Source: Octopus vulgaris (Eukaryota). Taken from it: a stretch of 64,000 bases of DNA. A program made the position numbers and the translations under genes. Shown here in pieces: positions 43,799-57,462 of the stretch (the first letter of the stretch is position 1; each line of letters begins with the position of its first letter). The DNA is taken from positions 18,414,001 to 18,478,000 of the forward strand of contig OX597838.1 of NCBI GenBank assembly GCA_951406725.2. Reading direction: 5' to 3'. The notes below the pieces were generated by a model. It was not told where the DNA came from, searched no databases, and saw only the letters and a program-made list of their open reading frames with translations.

Positions 43799-43868
<70 letters not shown>

Positions 43869-44430
43869 GTGCCTGTCTCCTCTTTATGATTGTGTGTGTG
43901 TGTGTGTCTTTATCTAAGTACGTATGCTTGTTTATATGCATGTGTACATATATACAGATACACATAAACAGAGTTCTAGAGAGAAAGCGGAAGATAGGGG
44001 AAAATGGAGAAGACGGTGAAAAGAAATAAAGAAGAAACGATACCGAAAAGCAGAGACAATGTGTGCAAGGCAATGTGTGCAAGGCAATGTGTTTGTGTGT
44101 GTCAGTGTGAATAACCGTATAGAAGTTGGAAGCTGATAGAGCGATACAGGGAGGAGAAAGGAAAAAGGGGGAAAAAAAGAGATCTAGAGAAAAGAGAAAG
44201 AAATGCGGTAGATAACAGAGACATCATGACAAGCTAACAGAATTTAGCTGTGAAGAGGTATCAATATTAATATTTGCCCAGTCGTGTCTTGATCGCGGAA
44301 GCCATATTTAATCAAATATGGGAGTAATCTGATAAAACAACCAGAGACATAAAAGGTATTAATTCTCTTATAATGGAGTATGAGCTTTGCCGGTGCAGTT
44401 CTTATTGTTGTTGCTGTCGTTGTTTCTCCC

Positions 44431-44519
<89 letters not shown>

Positions 44520-44532
44520 TATTATTATTATT

Positions 44533-44593
<61 letters not shown>

Positions 44594-44999
44594 GCCTCTG
44601 TTGTCATTGTTATCAGTGAATTTGTTAAAAGGTGGGTTTACTGTAGCGAGAATGGTTTGACTAAACGGAAACCGTGAAGCATGCGCTTGCGTTGAGTAAG
44701 GGCACGTGCCCTTGGTGGTCGAAATGACCTTGGATCTCCGAGGCGTCTTCATTATCCCCGGCTAGAGGCTCTCCTACATCGGGGACCGGATGGTGGCCTG
44801 TATCATCCATATAGTCATACATTTTGTACACTGTATACTTTTCATCTCGTTTCCATTTGCCCTCTTTTTTTCCTCTTCGCCAGATTCTATGTTAACCCTC
44901 TATACCCCTTCCACACACACACACACACACGCATTGTAATCTGACCCTTTTATCTGACGCACATAAAAGAAACCATTATCAACATCATGGTTATTATCA

Positions 45000-45055
<56 letters not shown>

Positions 45056-45164
45056 ATCATCATCATCATCATCATCATCATCATTATTATTATTATTATC
45101 ATTATCATTATTATTAGTAGTAGTAGTATTAATATTGTTACTATCAATATTACTACTACTAGTG

Positions 45165-45207
<43 letters not shown>

Positions 45208-45679
45208 GGTTGCTGTTGCTGTCGTTGTTGCTATTGTTGTTGTTGCTGTTGTTGTTGCTGTTGTTGCTGTTGGTGTTGCTGTTGTTGTTGTTGCTACTGT
45301 TGTTGCTACTGCTGTTACTGCTGTTGTCGTTATCGTAGTCGTTGTTGTCGTAGAGATAGGGGTGGTGGACTGGAAACAGGATCAATACAGTGAAGGACGC
45401 TCAGCGACATTTAGTCACGTCCTTTTATATTCTCTGTTGAGATGCCGCCAAACTCGGCTGCATCTTTCATCTTCCTAGCATATTGATAAAATAAATATCA
45501 CTTAAAGTATTGTGATGGGGTCGATCTAATTAACTATGCCCTTATCCATAATATCAGCCATGAATTCATCGATGTTGTTCTTATAATTATTGTTATTGGA
45601 ATGCTATCGACTTACCACCTTCTCTCAGACAAAATCGCTGCCCTTGCACCTAAATTAAAAACCACTACTATTTCTATTA

Positions 45680-46082
45680 CTAGTAGTATAGCTCAACGTT
45701 GCTCGGGTTTGTTTTCTTTTCGACCCTTTAGAATTGGAATTTTTGGAAAGTAAAAATTTTGCATTATGTCGCTTGTTATTCTCTTTAAGTGAACATTTTT
45801 CTGGTTGAAATACTCTGAAAAATGGCAACACAGCAGTCAAAAAATAGTAAAAAATAGGGATTTTCATTGAAAAAAAAGCACCTTTTTGATGTAAATAATT
45901 TTTGGTCTTAACATGGTCCGATTTGAATTATTTTTCTTCTACGGAATGAAGAGCAAGCCTTCTTCTATCATACTCTCAATTTTGGTCAACTTGCGCCGAA
46001 GGGTCTCGGAGGAGATAGTGTTAGTTGAAGGCTACCAAACTTGCCATACACACACATACAACTTCAGCTTTATATATATAGA
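45680..46082 (-). mobile_element. Non-autonomous Helitron-like element
   Basis: Minus strand starts TCTATATATATAAAGCTGAAG and ends cccgagcaacgttgagc..CTAG-T; truncated sibling at 59546. Confidence 0.75.
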
Positions 46083-46093
46083 TTATTATTATT

Positions 46094-46191
<98 letters not shown>

Positions 46192-46212
46192 CATTATTAT
46201 TATCATCATCAT

Positions 46213-46550
46213 ATGTTTGACTTTTGCTTTGTATTTGTACATGTTGACTCCAAGTCTCACCCCAGAGACCTCAAGAGACAACAAGTTAGAAGTTCAAGTT
46301 GGTGATATGTCTAGGGTGCCATATATTTGGTTTTACACAAAATATTGTTCAGGCGAATGTTTAAGAAAACATAAGAAAATTCAGAGTTACTTTTAGAATT
46401 TTAAGATTACACCGACAGTATTTTGCGTAGGACATGGGCAGTTTCCATGAATGCTATCCTTTGAATTTCTGCCATTTTGTGGTTTTCTGGTATCTACAAA
46501 CTACATAAAAGCCCCTTTGTGTTTTCCTCTGGTCCGAATATGGAATCTGT
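46213..46550 (-). mobile_element. R4/Dong-like LINE 3' end
   Basis: EIQRIAFMETAHVLRKILSV* then UTR and (TGA/TAA)n tail at 46083-46212. Confidence 0.65.
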
Positions 46551-46567
46551 GGTAGTATTTCCATGTT

Positions 46568-46795
46568 GGCGAGCTGGCAGAGACGTTAGCACCTCGGGCG
46601 AAAGGCTTAGCGGTATTTCGCCTGTCGTTACGTTCTGAGTTCAAATTCCGCCGAGGTCGACTTTGCCTTTCATCCTTTCGGGGTCGATAAATTAAGTACC
46701 AGTTACGCACTGGGGTCGATGTAATCGACTTAATACCTATGTCTGTCCTTGTTTGTCCCCTCTGTGTTTAGCCCCTTGTAGGTAATAAAGAAATA
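46568..46795 (+). mobile_element. SINE family A, solitary copy
   Basis: Same head, core and tail as the 4789-6191 array; 17-bp TSD ggtagtatttccatgtt / ggtagcatttccatgtt. Confidence 0.92.
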
Positions 46796-47067
46796 GGTAG
46801 CATTTCCATGTTGCTCCATCACGTTGGGTTGACTTAGGAGCAATTTCCAATATATATTTCCTCTCACTGTGGCACCTTGCCATCAGTTCTATCTGCAGCA
46901 TTTAGAATTCGGCCATCGCTTAACAAACGCGTGGGAAAATTAGACTGGCGACAGCTGGTGCTGCAGCCTATAATATTTTTTAATTATTATTATAAGAGGT
47001 CTTATTCTTGTGAGTGAGAAATCACACGAAATAATATTTTTCAAATAATTCATTTTTTCATTTTATT

Positions 47068-47726
47068 TACATACATACATACATATATACATACATAGTA
47101 CATACATACATACACACACACAAACACACATACATACAAACATACATGCATACATATATATACCCATACACACATACATGCATACATACATACATACATA
47201 CATACATACATACATACATACATACATACAAACATACATACATACATACATACGTACATACATACATACATACACATACATGCATACATACATAATACAT
47301 ATATACATACATACAAACATACATACATATACATACATAATACATACATACGTACGTACATACATACATACATATATACATACATAGTACATACATACAT
47401 ACACAAATACAAACACATACATACAAACATAATACATAATACATATATACATACAAACATACATACACACATACATACATACACATACATGCATACATAC
47501 ATACATACAAACATTCATACATACATACGTACATACATACATACATACAAAGATACGTACATAATACATATATACATACATGCAAACATACATACATATA
47601 CATACGTAATACATATATACATACATACATACAAACATACACACATACATACATACATACATACATACATACATACATACATACATACATACATACATAC
47701 ATACATACATACATACATACATACAT
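47068..47726. repeat. (CATA)n microsatellite, degenerate
   Basis: Directly visible. Confidence 0.95.
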
Positions 47727-48139
47727 AATCTCAATGTATAATAATACCTAACGCCATGCTACCGTGTTTTGAAAGCCCGAAACTTCAGAATCTCAAGATC
47801 TTCAAAAATCCAAAAACACCCAAAAACACATTTTAAGAAATCAGTTTTTAAACGTTCTTAATAGACATTTATTTACAGTTCTACAATGGGATTAATTCAT
47901 TCTTGAGATATATTAAAACAACTTTCATGTAGTTTCTGTCATCGGGTTGCGGCCATGCTGCGGCACTGCCTTGAAGTCGAATAATTCGACCCCAGTTCCT
48001 GTTCAAGTCTAGCTTTTACTCTGTCGATACCTGTGCAGAATCGCTTGACTAGGGGATGTAAATAAACCAATACCGTTTGTGAAGTGGTGGGGGTCACAAG
48101 CATGAGTACAAGTAGATACACACACACACACACACACAG

Positions 48140-48191
<52 letters not shown>

Positions 48192-48677
48192 GAGATACAT
48201 CCAACAAGAATTCGACTTTATTTTTCCTGCCAAATTTAATACCACACGGGAAAAAATCTTTTCGTTGGCGGTGACGACACAGTTCCTGCGCATGCGTTAC
48301 AGTTTTTGCGCCGGTAAGCCGCGTCAGAAGCCAGCTATTACTCCTAGAGTACAGACATCGTGTCGGATTTTCGTTTTCACGCACGATGACCATACACACA
48401 TATACACACACACACGCGCGCATACATACATACATGTATGTATGTACGTATGTATATATATATATATCTATATATATATTACTCTTTCTTACGAAAAATG
48501 CAGAACTGCTCAAGAAGTGCTCGGGTCGAACCCGCGACAAAAAGTAAGAATTAGGCAGCCATACTCATACAGTTATAAATTTGACTTAAAATGCGTATAC
48601 ATATCGACACATATGAATTATTAAAAAAAATATTTATTACATATATATATATATATATATATATATGTAATATACAT

Positions 48678-48722
48678 GCCTTGTGAGTGGATTTGGTAGA
48701 CGGAAACTGAAAGAAGCCTGTC

Positions 48723-48765
<43 letters not shown>

Positions 48766-48992
48766 CGTGTGTGTGTTTGTGTGTCTGTGTTTGTCCCCCT
48801 AGCATTGCTTGACAACCGATGCTGGTGTGTTTACGTCCCCGTCACTTAGCGGTTCGGCAAAAAGAGACTGATGGAATAAGTACTGGGCTTACAAAGAATA
48901 AGTCCCGGGGTCGATTTGCTCGACTGAAGGTGATGCTCCAGCATGGCCGCAGTCAAATGACTGAAACAAGTAAAAGAGTAAAAGAGTAAAAG
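48678..48992 (+). mobile_element. SINE family B, 5'-truncated
   Basis: Begins at gccttgtgagtgg, ends in (gtaaaaga)n. Confidence 0.88.
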
Positions 48993-49009
48993 AATATATA
49001 AATAGACAT

Positions 49010-49584
49010 AAAAATACATGTGAATAAAGCCCACGTGGGATACGTATGGAAGGAAGTGTGAGAAAAAGAGAACTGATAAAAAGTTTTTTGTACTAAAATT
49101 AAGAGCGTTTAAGTGTTTCAATTAAAAGATCCATGGAGTTCGATGTGTTGTTTTAAAATATATAATTGGTACATAATGTATATAATACAGTTCGAGGAAG
49201 TCCAGTTCCTAAGGCCGTTTCCAGCGTTCCTGTCCAGGTAGAAAGAATTAATAAAAAAAAATTTTTACTCTTATGAACCATGCGGACAATGTCCCCTTCA
49301 TCAGGAAAGGCATCCTCATAAAATCACATTCGTGATACCTTTCCTGATGAGGGGGACATTGTCCGTTGGTTTGTAAGATTTTTTTATTAATTTTTCTACC
49401 AGGACATGAACTCTGAAACGGCCGTAGAAAGTGGACTTCCTCGAGCTGTATTATATAACTTTTATACCATTTCTATATTTAAAAAACACATCGAATTTTA
49501 GTACAAACATTTTTTATTAGTTCTCTTTACCCACATCTCCTTCCATATGTATCCCACATGGGTTTTATTTACATGTATTTTTTT
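49010..49584. mobile_element. Long inverted-repeat element with hammerhead (family P3)
   Basis: Arms ~49010-49313 / ~49337-49584, e.g. ggacaatgtccccttcatcaggaaagg / cctttcctgatgagggggacattgtcc. Confidence 0.8.
49339..49431 (+). ncRNA. Type-I hammerhead ribozyme motif with long stem-II insertion
   Basis: ctttc CTGATGA ggg...ctct GAAAC ggcc GTA gaaag. Confidence 0.75.
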
Positions 49585-49604
49585 GTATATATATATATTT
49601 ATAT

Positions 49605-49984
49605 ACTCTTTTACTCTTTTACTTGTTTCAGTCATTTGACTGCGGCCCTGCTGGAGCACCACCTTTAGTCGAGCAACTCGACCCCGGACTTATTCTTTTG
49701 TAAGCCCAGTATTTATTCTATCGGTCTCTTTTTGCCGAACCGCTAAGTAACGGGGACATAAACACACCAGCATCGGTTGTCAAGCAATGCTAGGGGGACA
49801 AACACAGACACACAAACACACACACATACATATATATATATACATATATACGACAGGCTTCTTTCAGTTTCTGTCTACCAAATCCACTCACAAGGCATTG
49901 GTCGGCCCGGGGCTATAGCAGAAGACACTTGCCCAAGATGCCACGCAGTGGGACTGAACCCGGAACCATGTGGTTGGTTAGCAA
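49605..49984 (-). mobile_element. SINE family B
   Basis: Colinear with 38828 copy. Confidence 0.9.
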
Positions 49985-50691
49985 GTGCTGATATGTATTA
50001 ATATATGTATACGTATTTCTAGTCGAATTTATCACTGTATGTCTATGATTGCCTAATTTGAGTTTATATTTCTTTTTCATGCATACATACATACATACAT
50101 ACATACATGCATACATACATACATACATACATACATACATACATACATACATACATACATACATACATACATACATACATACATACATACATGCATATGT
50201 GGTTTAACACATCTACAAAGGTACACAGAATAAATAGAAAGTGGAAAATAAGAATATTGAAATATTGAAATGTACGTCATAAGAATTTAATAAAATTAGT
50301 TCGTACATTATTTTATTTGTCGATCTAAACACATATAGTAAATTGTAATATGTCTCCTGGACATTAAAGTATTGAGCGCTCTATGTCTGTAATTCTGTTG
50401 TATAAATATTTATCAAAATTTAATTTCAATATATGTTAAAAGTATAAATTCAGTCGACCCAGTTTCCTTCGACAGAGTTGAACATTTAATATCCACAAAA
50501 TACTGTGAGGATTATGTTACCAATCAATTATATAAGTTCATTCTTATGTATTCTTGATATATGCATGATGCTAGGGTGTCGCTGATGTAACTGTATATGG
50601 ATTATGAAACAGCTGTAAACATGAAACAAATATTGTTTCCACACATTTCTCTTGAATTTGATTAATTATTATACATTCCATCATTGTTGTG

Positions 50692-50742
<51 letters not shown>

Positions 50743-50745
<3 letters not shown>

Positions 50746-50929
50746 AGATGTATTCGCATTGCAAGTGATTTGATCTGAGATCGTGTGCTGAAACGAAAAC
50801 AATTGCAGCGTGGAAGGTGTTTGTAAGCCATTTAAGAAACACACAAAATTAAACTTAAATGTTGAAGTGAATCGAACGACTTTTGTGTGTTTCTTAAATG
50901 GCTTACAAACACCTTCCACGCTGCAATTG

Positions 50930-50931
<2 letters not shown>
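50743..50931. mobile_element. Family P2 palindromic element, centre deleted, opposite orientation to 10827
   Basis: aacaattgcagcgtggaaggtgtttgtaagccattt / aaatggcttacaaacaccttccacgctgcaattgtt; (TA)n on both sides. Confidence 0.85.
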
Positions 50932-50990
<59 letters not shown>

Positions 50991-50999
50991 TTTAATTGA

Positions 51000-51353
51000 C
51001 CGTCATTGATGACAGATGAGCGTCCACTACGATCACGATCTTCAAGGTTCAGGTCGTTTAAGCTATTTTCGAGCTGACCATTCACTGGTCATTTCCAAAC
51101 GTTTCGTTGATATTTCATCTGGTTTACGTGCCTTTTTGAAGTTGAATAGCAAAATTGCTCGAATATCGCGCTTTGACAGTTCCATTTCAGATGGAAGAAA
51201 ATATCAATGTTAATTTATTGATGCATTTGGGAAAGTATTTGTCTGTATTATCAGACAACTGCAAAAAAATATTTTAAAAACATTCAAAAGACTGCAAAAA
51301 TCCGGTACAAATTCTTCATGGATCAAAATGTTGCTCACTTTTTATTTAACCTG
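51000..51353 (-). mobile_element. mariner 5' fragment (TIR plus degenerate transposase N-terminus)
   Basis: TA-tcaggttaaataaaaagtgagcaac end; MELSKRDIRAILLFNFKK...LEDRDRSGR. Confidence 0.65.
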
Positions 51354-51490
<137 letters not shown>

Positions 51491-51534
51491 TTATGTATGT
51501 ATATATATATATATACACATATATACATACATAT

Positions 51535-51599
<65 letters not shown>

Positions 51600-51707
51600 T
51601 ATATATATATAAGTTCAGTAAACAATTTAGATTCAAATGACTATGGTACTTAATTTAGATGCACCAGAATTTTTTATGGTATTACCCATAAAAATATGCG
51701 GGGTGAT

Positions 51708-51765
<58 letters not shown>

Positions 51766-52492
51766 CATATACATGCATACATGTAGTGGTTATATAATCA
51801 GAGAAAAGCCGAGAGATTTATTTTATGAGCCATATCGTTATAATTTTGTCTCAACGTCGCTGACATAACAGCTTCATCAGAGGAAGCACATCAAATTAAT
51901 CCTTAGCTTAGTCACGGAAACTACTTTACATCAAATAATCAACAACGAATGAATAAAGCAAGGAATAGGACAATGAAATAATCTTCAGACGTGGTTTTTG
52001 CGGCACCTCGTATGAAAGCCAGGTGTTCTCCACCGGTGAGTCGTAGGCTTGTTGACAAGTGAGAGATAAATGAAAATATAGTGCTATGATCAGACAAATG
52101 TTTGTGCCTATCTAAAAGCGTGCGTGATACAGAGCTAAGAGCGTCATAAATCTAATTGACAAAAAGAAACACACAGGTAATACGTATGCATACGTGTTCG
52201 TATACATAAAATCGTAATAGTTCAAACATATTTCCATTGATAGACAAAGGACCAATGTTTATTATAAACTCACGCGTAACCTAACGTATTTATTGCTCGC
52301 AGAAATATGGCTACATATAGATTATTGTGGACCTGTTCATGTATGCATGCACTGAAATGTTGTTACCCACATAAACACACATAGATCGACGAACGGTTAC
52401 ATTTAATGAGATATACCCACACAAATATTAGGATACAGATCTGGCTCTCCCTTTTTCTTTCTCTCTCTCAAACACACACAAACATACACACG

Positions 52493-52553
<61 letters not shown>

Positions 52554-52636
52554 AGAGACAAAACCACTATTTTGCAAAACAAACAAGGAAAGACTTAATC
52601 AATACATAAAACTTTAATAAAAAGTCAAAAAAACCG

Positions 52637-52679
52637 CCACTACAATTGTTTCTTGTCTTGATCGACAATCTTCAGGTGG
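52637..52679 (-). ncRNA. Type-I hammerhead ribozyme motif (mirror copy)
   Basis: Exact reverse complement of 52710-52752. Confidence 0.8.
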
Positions 52680-52709
52680 ACTTCAATTTGAAACTGACTT
52701 ATTGGAAGT

Positions 52710-52752
52710 CCACCTGAAGATTGTCGATCAAGACAAGAAACAATTGTAGTGG
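52710..52752 (+). ncRNA. Type-I hammerhead ribozyme motif
   Basis: ccac CTGAAGA ttgtc gatcaa gacaa GAAAC aatt GTA gtgg: all three stems and core intact. Confidence 0.85.
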
Positions 52753-52928
52753 CGGTTTTTTTGACTTTTTATTAAAATTTTATGTATTGATTAAGTCTTT
52801 CCTTGTTTGTTTTGCAAAATAGTGGTTTTGTCTCTAATAATATTATATAATATTTTACTATAAAATTGGATTTAATCCTAAATCTGATTTTTTCCCTGTA
52901 AATTTGGATTTATTCCCTAATATTTATT

Positions 52929-52973
<45 letters not shown>

Positions 52974-53351
52974 CAATTAAGGACAACTACTTAATAAGGA
53001 AAACTTAACAAGAAATTGTCAGGTAGATAGCGTAAAAACCTCATAAGAGAAAAAATTTCGAAAATAATTATTTCTTATTGAACATATTAATTTATATATA
53101 GAGGGCATTATACATACATGCCAGAAGGCATTATATATACATGCCAAACGCTAAGAGGGACAATTAGTCATTTCTACCAAAAATATTACTAATTCCGAAT
53201 AAACTTTTCCTCTCCCGAAATGCAATTCGTAAAAGTTTGCCATTTGACCGTATGTAATATATGTAAACTCACCCATGTGCTTCGATGATGTTGAACAGTT
53301 AGCTGATCGACTTAAGCGGGGCAGGGTCGTTGTTTATTTATAATGCATTCT

Positions 53352-53397
53352 GGCCTGCTGATGAGTACGTAAGTATGAAATCACTGTGATACAGGTC
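53352..53397 (+). ncRNA. Type-I hammerhead ribozyme motif, copy 1
   Basis: ggcctg CTGATGA gtac gtaa gtat GAAA tcactgtg ATA caggtc. Confidence 0.82.
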
Positions 53398-53832
53398 TAT
53401 ATTTTTTTAAATGTCTTACCTTGAAAAATTGCATTCGGTGGGATTAGTAATATTTTTGGTAGAAATGACTAATTGTCCCTCTTAGCGTTTGGCATGTATA
53501 TATAATGCCTTCTGGCATGTATGTATAATGCCCTCTATATATAAATTAATATGTTCAATAAGAAATAATTATTTTCGAAATTTTTTCTCTTATGAGGTTT
53601 TTACGCTATCTACCTGACAATTTCTTGTTAAGTTTTCCTTATTAAGTAGTTGTCCTTAATTGCTAAATTTTTATTCCGAAAAAACTTTTCCTCTCCCGAA
53701 ATGCAATTCGTAAAAGTTTGCCATTTGACCGTATGTAATATATGTAAACTCACCCATGTGCTTCGATGATGTTGAACAGTTAGCTGATCGACTTAAGCGG
53801 GGCAGGGTCGTTGTTTATTTATAATGCATTCT

Positions 53833-53878
53833 GGCCTGCTGATGAGTACGTAAGTATGAAATCACTGTGATACAGGTC
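53833..53878 (+). ncRNA. Type-I hammerhead ribozyme motif, copy 2
   Basis: Identical to 53352-53397, 481 nt downstream. Confidence 0.82.
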
Positions 53879-54016
53879 TATATTTTTTTAAATGTCTTAC
53901 CTTGAAAAATTGCATTCGGTGGGATTAGTAATATTTTTGGTAGAAATGACTAATTGTCCCTCTTAGCGTTTGGCATGTATATATAATGCCTTCTGGCATG
54001 TATGTATAATGCCCTC

Positions 54017-54066
<50 letters not shown>

Positions 54067-54067
<1 letters not shown>

Positions 54068-55160
54068 AGGGATTGGACAAAATAATGGAAACATATAGGA
54101 TCATAATTTTGAAATATCTATAAAAACATCAAAAGCTTGTTTATTCTTATGTTTTTTTATTTATTATTAGTGTTGCCTAATATGTTTTGCTAAAATTGCT
54201 GTTTCTTTTCAGATATCATCAGAAAAAGGTAATTAAAATGAATTAAAATGACAGAACTATCGGACTTTCAAAGAGGTCAAATCGTTGGTGCTCGTATGGC
54301 AGGCGCAAGCGTAACAAAAACAGCCGAAATGTTTGGTGTATCAAGATGTACTGTCTCGAAGTAATGACAGCCTTTGAGAAAAACCTCCTCGTCGAAACAA
54401 AACTCCGGGAGAAAACCAAACCTTTCAGATAGGAACCGTCTGAATCTTAGGCGAATTATTAGAAAGGATCACGAAAGTACAGCTCCCCAAATAACCACCA
54501 TGAGAACCCAGTTTCCTCAAAAACAGTTCGCTGAGAGCTGCACAGAGCCGGATTTCACGGGAGGCCTGCCATCAGAAAACCACTACTTTCAAAACAAACG
54601 TTCCAAATCGTTTAGAGTGGAGTAAAAACCTACAAAATTGTCCCTAGACCAGTAGAAGAATGTTATTTTCTCGGACGAGTCATCCTTTACCTTATTTCCG
54701 ACCACCGGCGAGTATACGTGTGGAGATAGCCAAAAGAAGCATTTCATCCAGACCGCTTTCTTCCAACTGCTAAACATGGGGAAGTATCTTTGATGATCTG
54801 GGGGCTATATCTTGGAAATCCGCCGGCTCAATGGTATCTCTTCTTGGCAGAACTAATAGTCAAGACTATTTAAGCATTTTATCTGATCAAATTCATCCTA
54901 CATTTGCGGAACTGTTTCCAGAGGGAAATGCAAACTTTCAGGATGATAATGCACTAATTCACACAGCTAAAGTTGCTACTGAATGGCCCGAGGAACAGTC
55001 TAGTGAAATTGAACATCTTATCCAGCCACCACAGTCCCCAGATCTCAATATTATTGAACATTTATGGTGCATTTTAGAAAAACAAGTAAGGTGTCGATAT
55101 CCTCCACCATCATCACAAGAACTGGAGACTGTTTTAGCTGAAGAATGGACAAAAATTCAA
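54067..55160 (+). mobile_element. Tc1-family transposon with frameshifted DD34E transposase (ATG at 54248), 3' TIR missing
   Basis: [19 protein letters not shown].., FSDESSF, FQDDNALIH, PPQSPDLNIIEHLW; stops and frameshifts. Confidence 0.9.
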
Positions 55161-56649
55161 TATATATATCCAAGGTTATCTGCATTTAGATGAAATATAG
55201 ATGGGTGTCAAAGCGAAGTGAGATGCAAAATATCAAGTGAAGATTGCCGGTGAATACAGTGGTAGAAACAAAATGACTAAAAAACATTATTGCTGAAAAT
55301 AAAAGCGAGTGCGTCTTGAGAATATAAAAGAAAGTTATATGGAAATAGTTCAGCGTATGAATGTATCCGGTTGGTGAGGTGAAAGTTTGTTAGGTGTTTT
55401 TTCTATGATGAAAAGAAGCAACTATTTCTGCTTAAGTTTAAAATAAATTAAATGGCAGCATCATTATATAATTTTCCAATAAACAGAGAATGCGTTTGAA
55501 TTCATTGATGTGCGGCAGATATTTCAGATCCCTAATATACATACAGTATGCTGTATCTTTTATGCTTTTGTCGCAAGGAATAAGAATGCCAGTAAAATCG
55601 TGTTTTAAGTAATGTTTCTTATTTTACAGTTAGAGCTACATAGGTTTTTTTTCCCCCCAAGTTTTTCAGTTACGATCGAGTGTTGTATGTGTGCAGCACG
55701 AAATAGTAGTTTAGTTTCAAGCATTGCAGAAAAGAAAAGTGTTTTGGAAAGCCACAGCACTTCAGTTAGAAATAAAATGAGTAAAAAGGTAAGAACAGAC
55801 GATTAAAAGTTTACCTTTAAATGCTTTTACCTTAATTACAACACGTTTCTCTTTCCCTTGTAACTATCAGAATGTTTTTGGGCTGAAATATCAGGATAAA
55901 TAAATGAGTAAAATTAGAAGTTTGATCTTAATAAACGCCAACGGTAATTTCGCTCGACGACGCAACAAGAAGTACTGGGTAGTAGTCAGTAATATATATT
56001 CACTCTGCTATACATCAAAGACATACATGCATACATATTGGTATATAGATGTTCATGTGTGTAGTGTGAATAGTAATGTGCACGCATATCAATGTATTTA
56101 TGTTAATGCCTTCGATAACTACACTTACGCACAAACAAATTAAGGTACGAGCGATGCATAGCAGCAGGAAAGTGATTAATAATATATATTAACTTTCCTA
56201 GATATATTGAGTACTCTGTGTGCTGTTCGGTGTACAACAAGTGGACATAATGCTATACATACATATGTACATTCATACATACATACATACATACATACAT
56301 ACATACATACATACATACATACATACATACATTCATGCATACATACATACATACATACATACATACATACATACATAATACATACATACATACATTCATG
56401 CATGCATACATACATATATATAGGTATAAGAGGGTATTGTAGTTCGCTGGAAGCATTGTGTATATGTGTGTGTGTGTGTATGCATATATATGTGTATATA
56501 CATATATATATGTGTGTGTGTGTGTATATATAAATATATATATAAATATTTGTATATATATATATGTATGTATGTATATATTGTACCTGTAATTTGAAAG
56601 TTGCAAATGTCTGCGTACATACATACAAAGACACGTGCAGTCTTAGGTG

Positions 56650-57017
56650 TGACGCTTGGCAGTTTGGTAAGAAGCTTGCTTCTCAACCATATAGTTTCGT
56701 GTTCAGTTCCGCTGTGGAGCACCTTGGGCAAGTGTTTTCTAGTATAGCCTCGAGACGACCAAAACTTTGTGAGTAGATTTGGTAGACAGAAACTGAAAGA
56801 AGCCCATCATGTGTATATGTATATGTGTGTGCGTGTGTGTGTATGTTGACAATCCATGCTGGCTACTTAAGTTCCCATAACTTAGCGCTTCGGCAAAAGA
56901 ATCAGATAGAATAAACACAAGGCTTAAAAAAATAAGAATAAGTAGCAGGGTCGATTCACTCGACTAAAAAGTATTGAAGTAGGTGCCCCAGCATGGCCAT
57001 AGTCTAATGACTGAAAT
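56650..57017 (+). mobile_element. SINE family B, diverged
   Basis: accttgggcaagtgttttct..ccagcatggccatagtctaatgactgaaa. Confidence 0.8.
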
Positions 57018-57064
57018 ACGTGAGAGAGAAAAGGAAAATGTTACATACATACACACACACACAC

Positions 57065-57115
<51 letters not shown>

Positions 57116-57348
57116 TATATATCTATATACATATATATATACATGTGCATACATATATGTATGTATATGCATCTGTGTATATATGTGCGCATGCGTGTAT
57201 CTGTGTTTGCGTGTATCAGCATGTCTTTCTCTACAAGCATATGTATACACACACACATGTACACAGACACTAAATCCATAAATATACATATAGGCATGTA
57301 CATATGTACATATACATACATATATATATACATACATACGTATGTATG

Positions 57349-57462
<114 letters not shown>

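Larger units (their letters stand above)
52549..52935. mobile_element. (TA)n-flanked palindromic element, family P1 (arms 52549-52684 / 52705-52840) plus tail
   Basis: About 135-bp near-perfect inverted arms, each with a hammerhead. Confidence 0.9.
52971..54027 (+). mobile_element. Retrozyme/Penelope-like non-coding element: inverted head (52971-53193) plus ~1.7 tandem copies of a 481-bp unit
   Basis: Arrangement A'-B-A-B-A(partial), near-identical copies, (TA)n on both sides, one hammerhead per B. Confidence 0.85.

Noticed and set aside
54831-55193. Functional Tc1 transposase CDS
   Set aside because: Only a fragment; upstream frameshifts and stops, and the 3' TIR is missing
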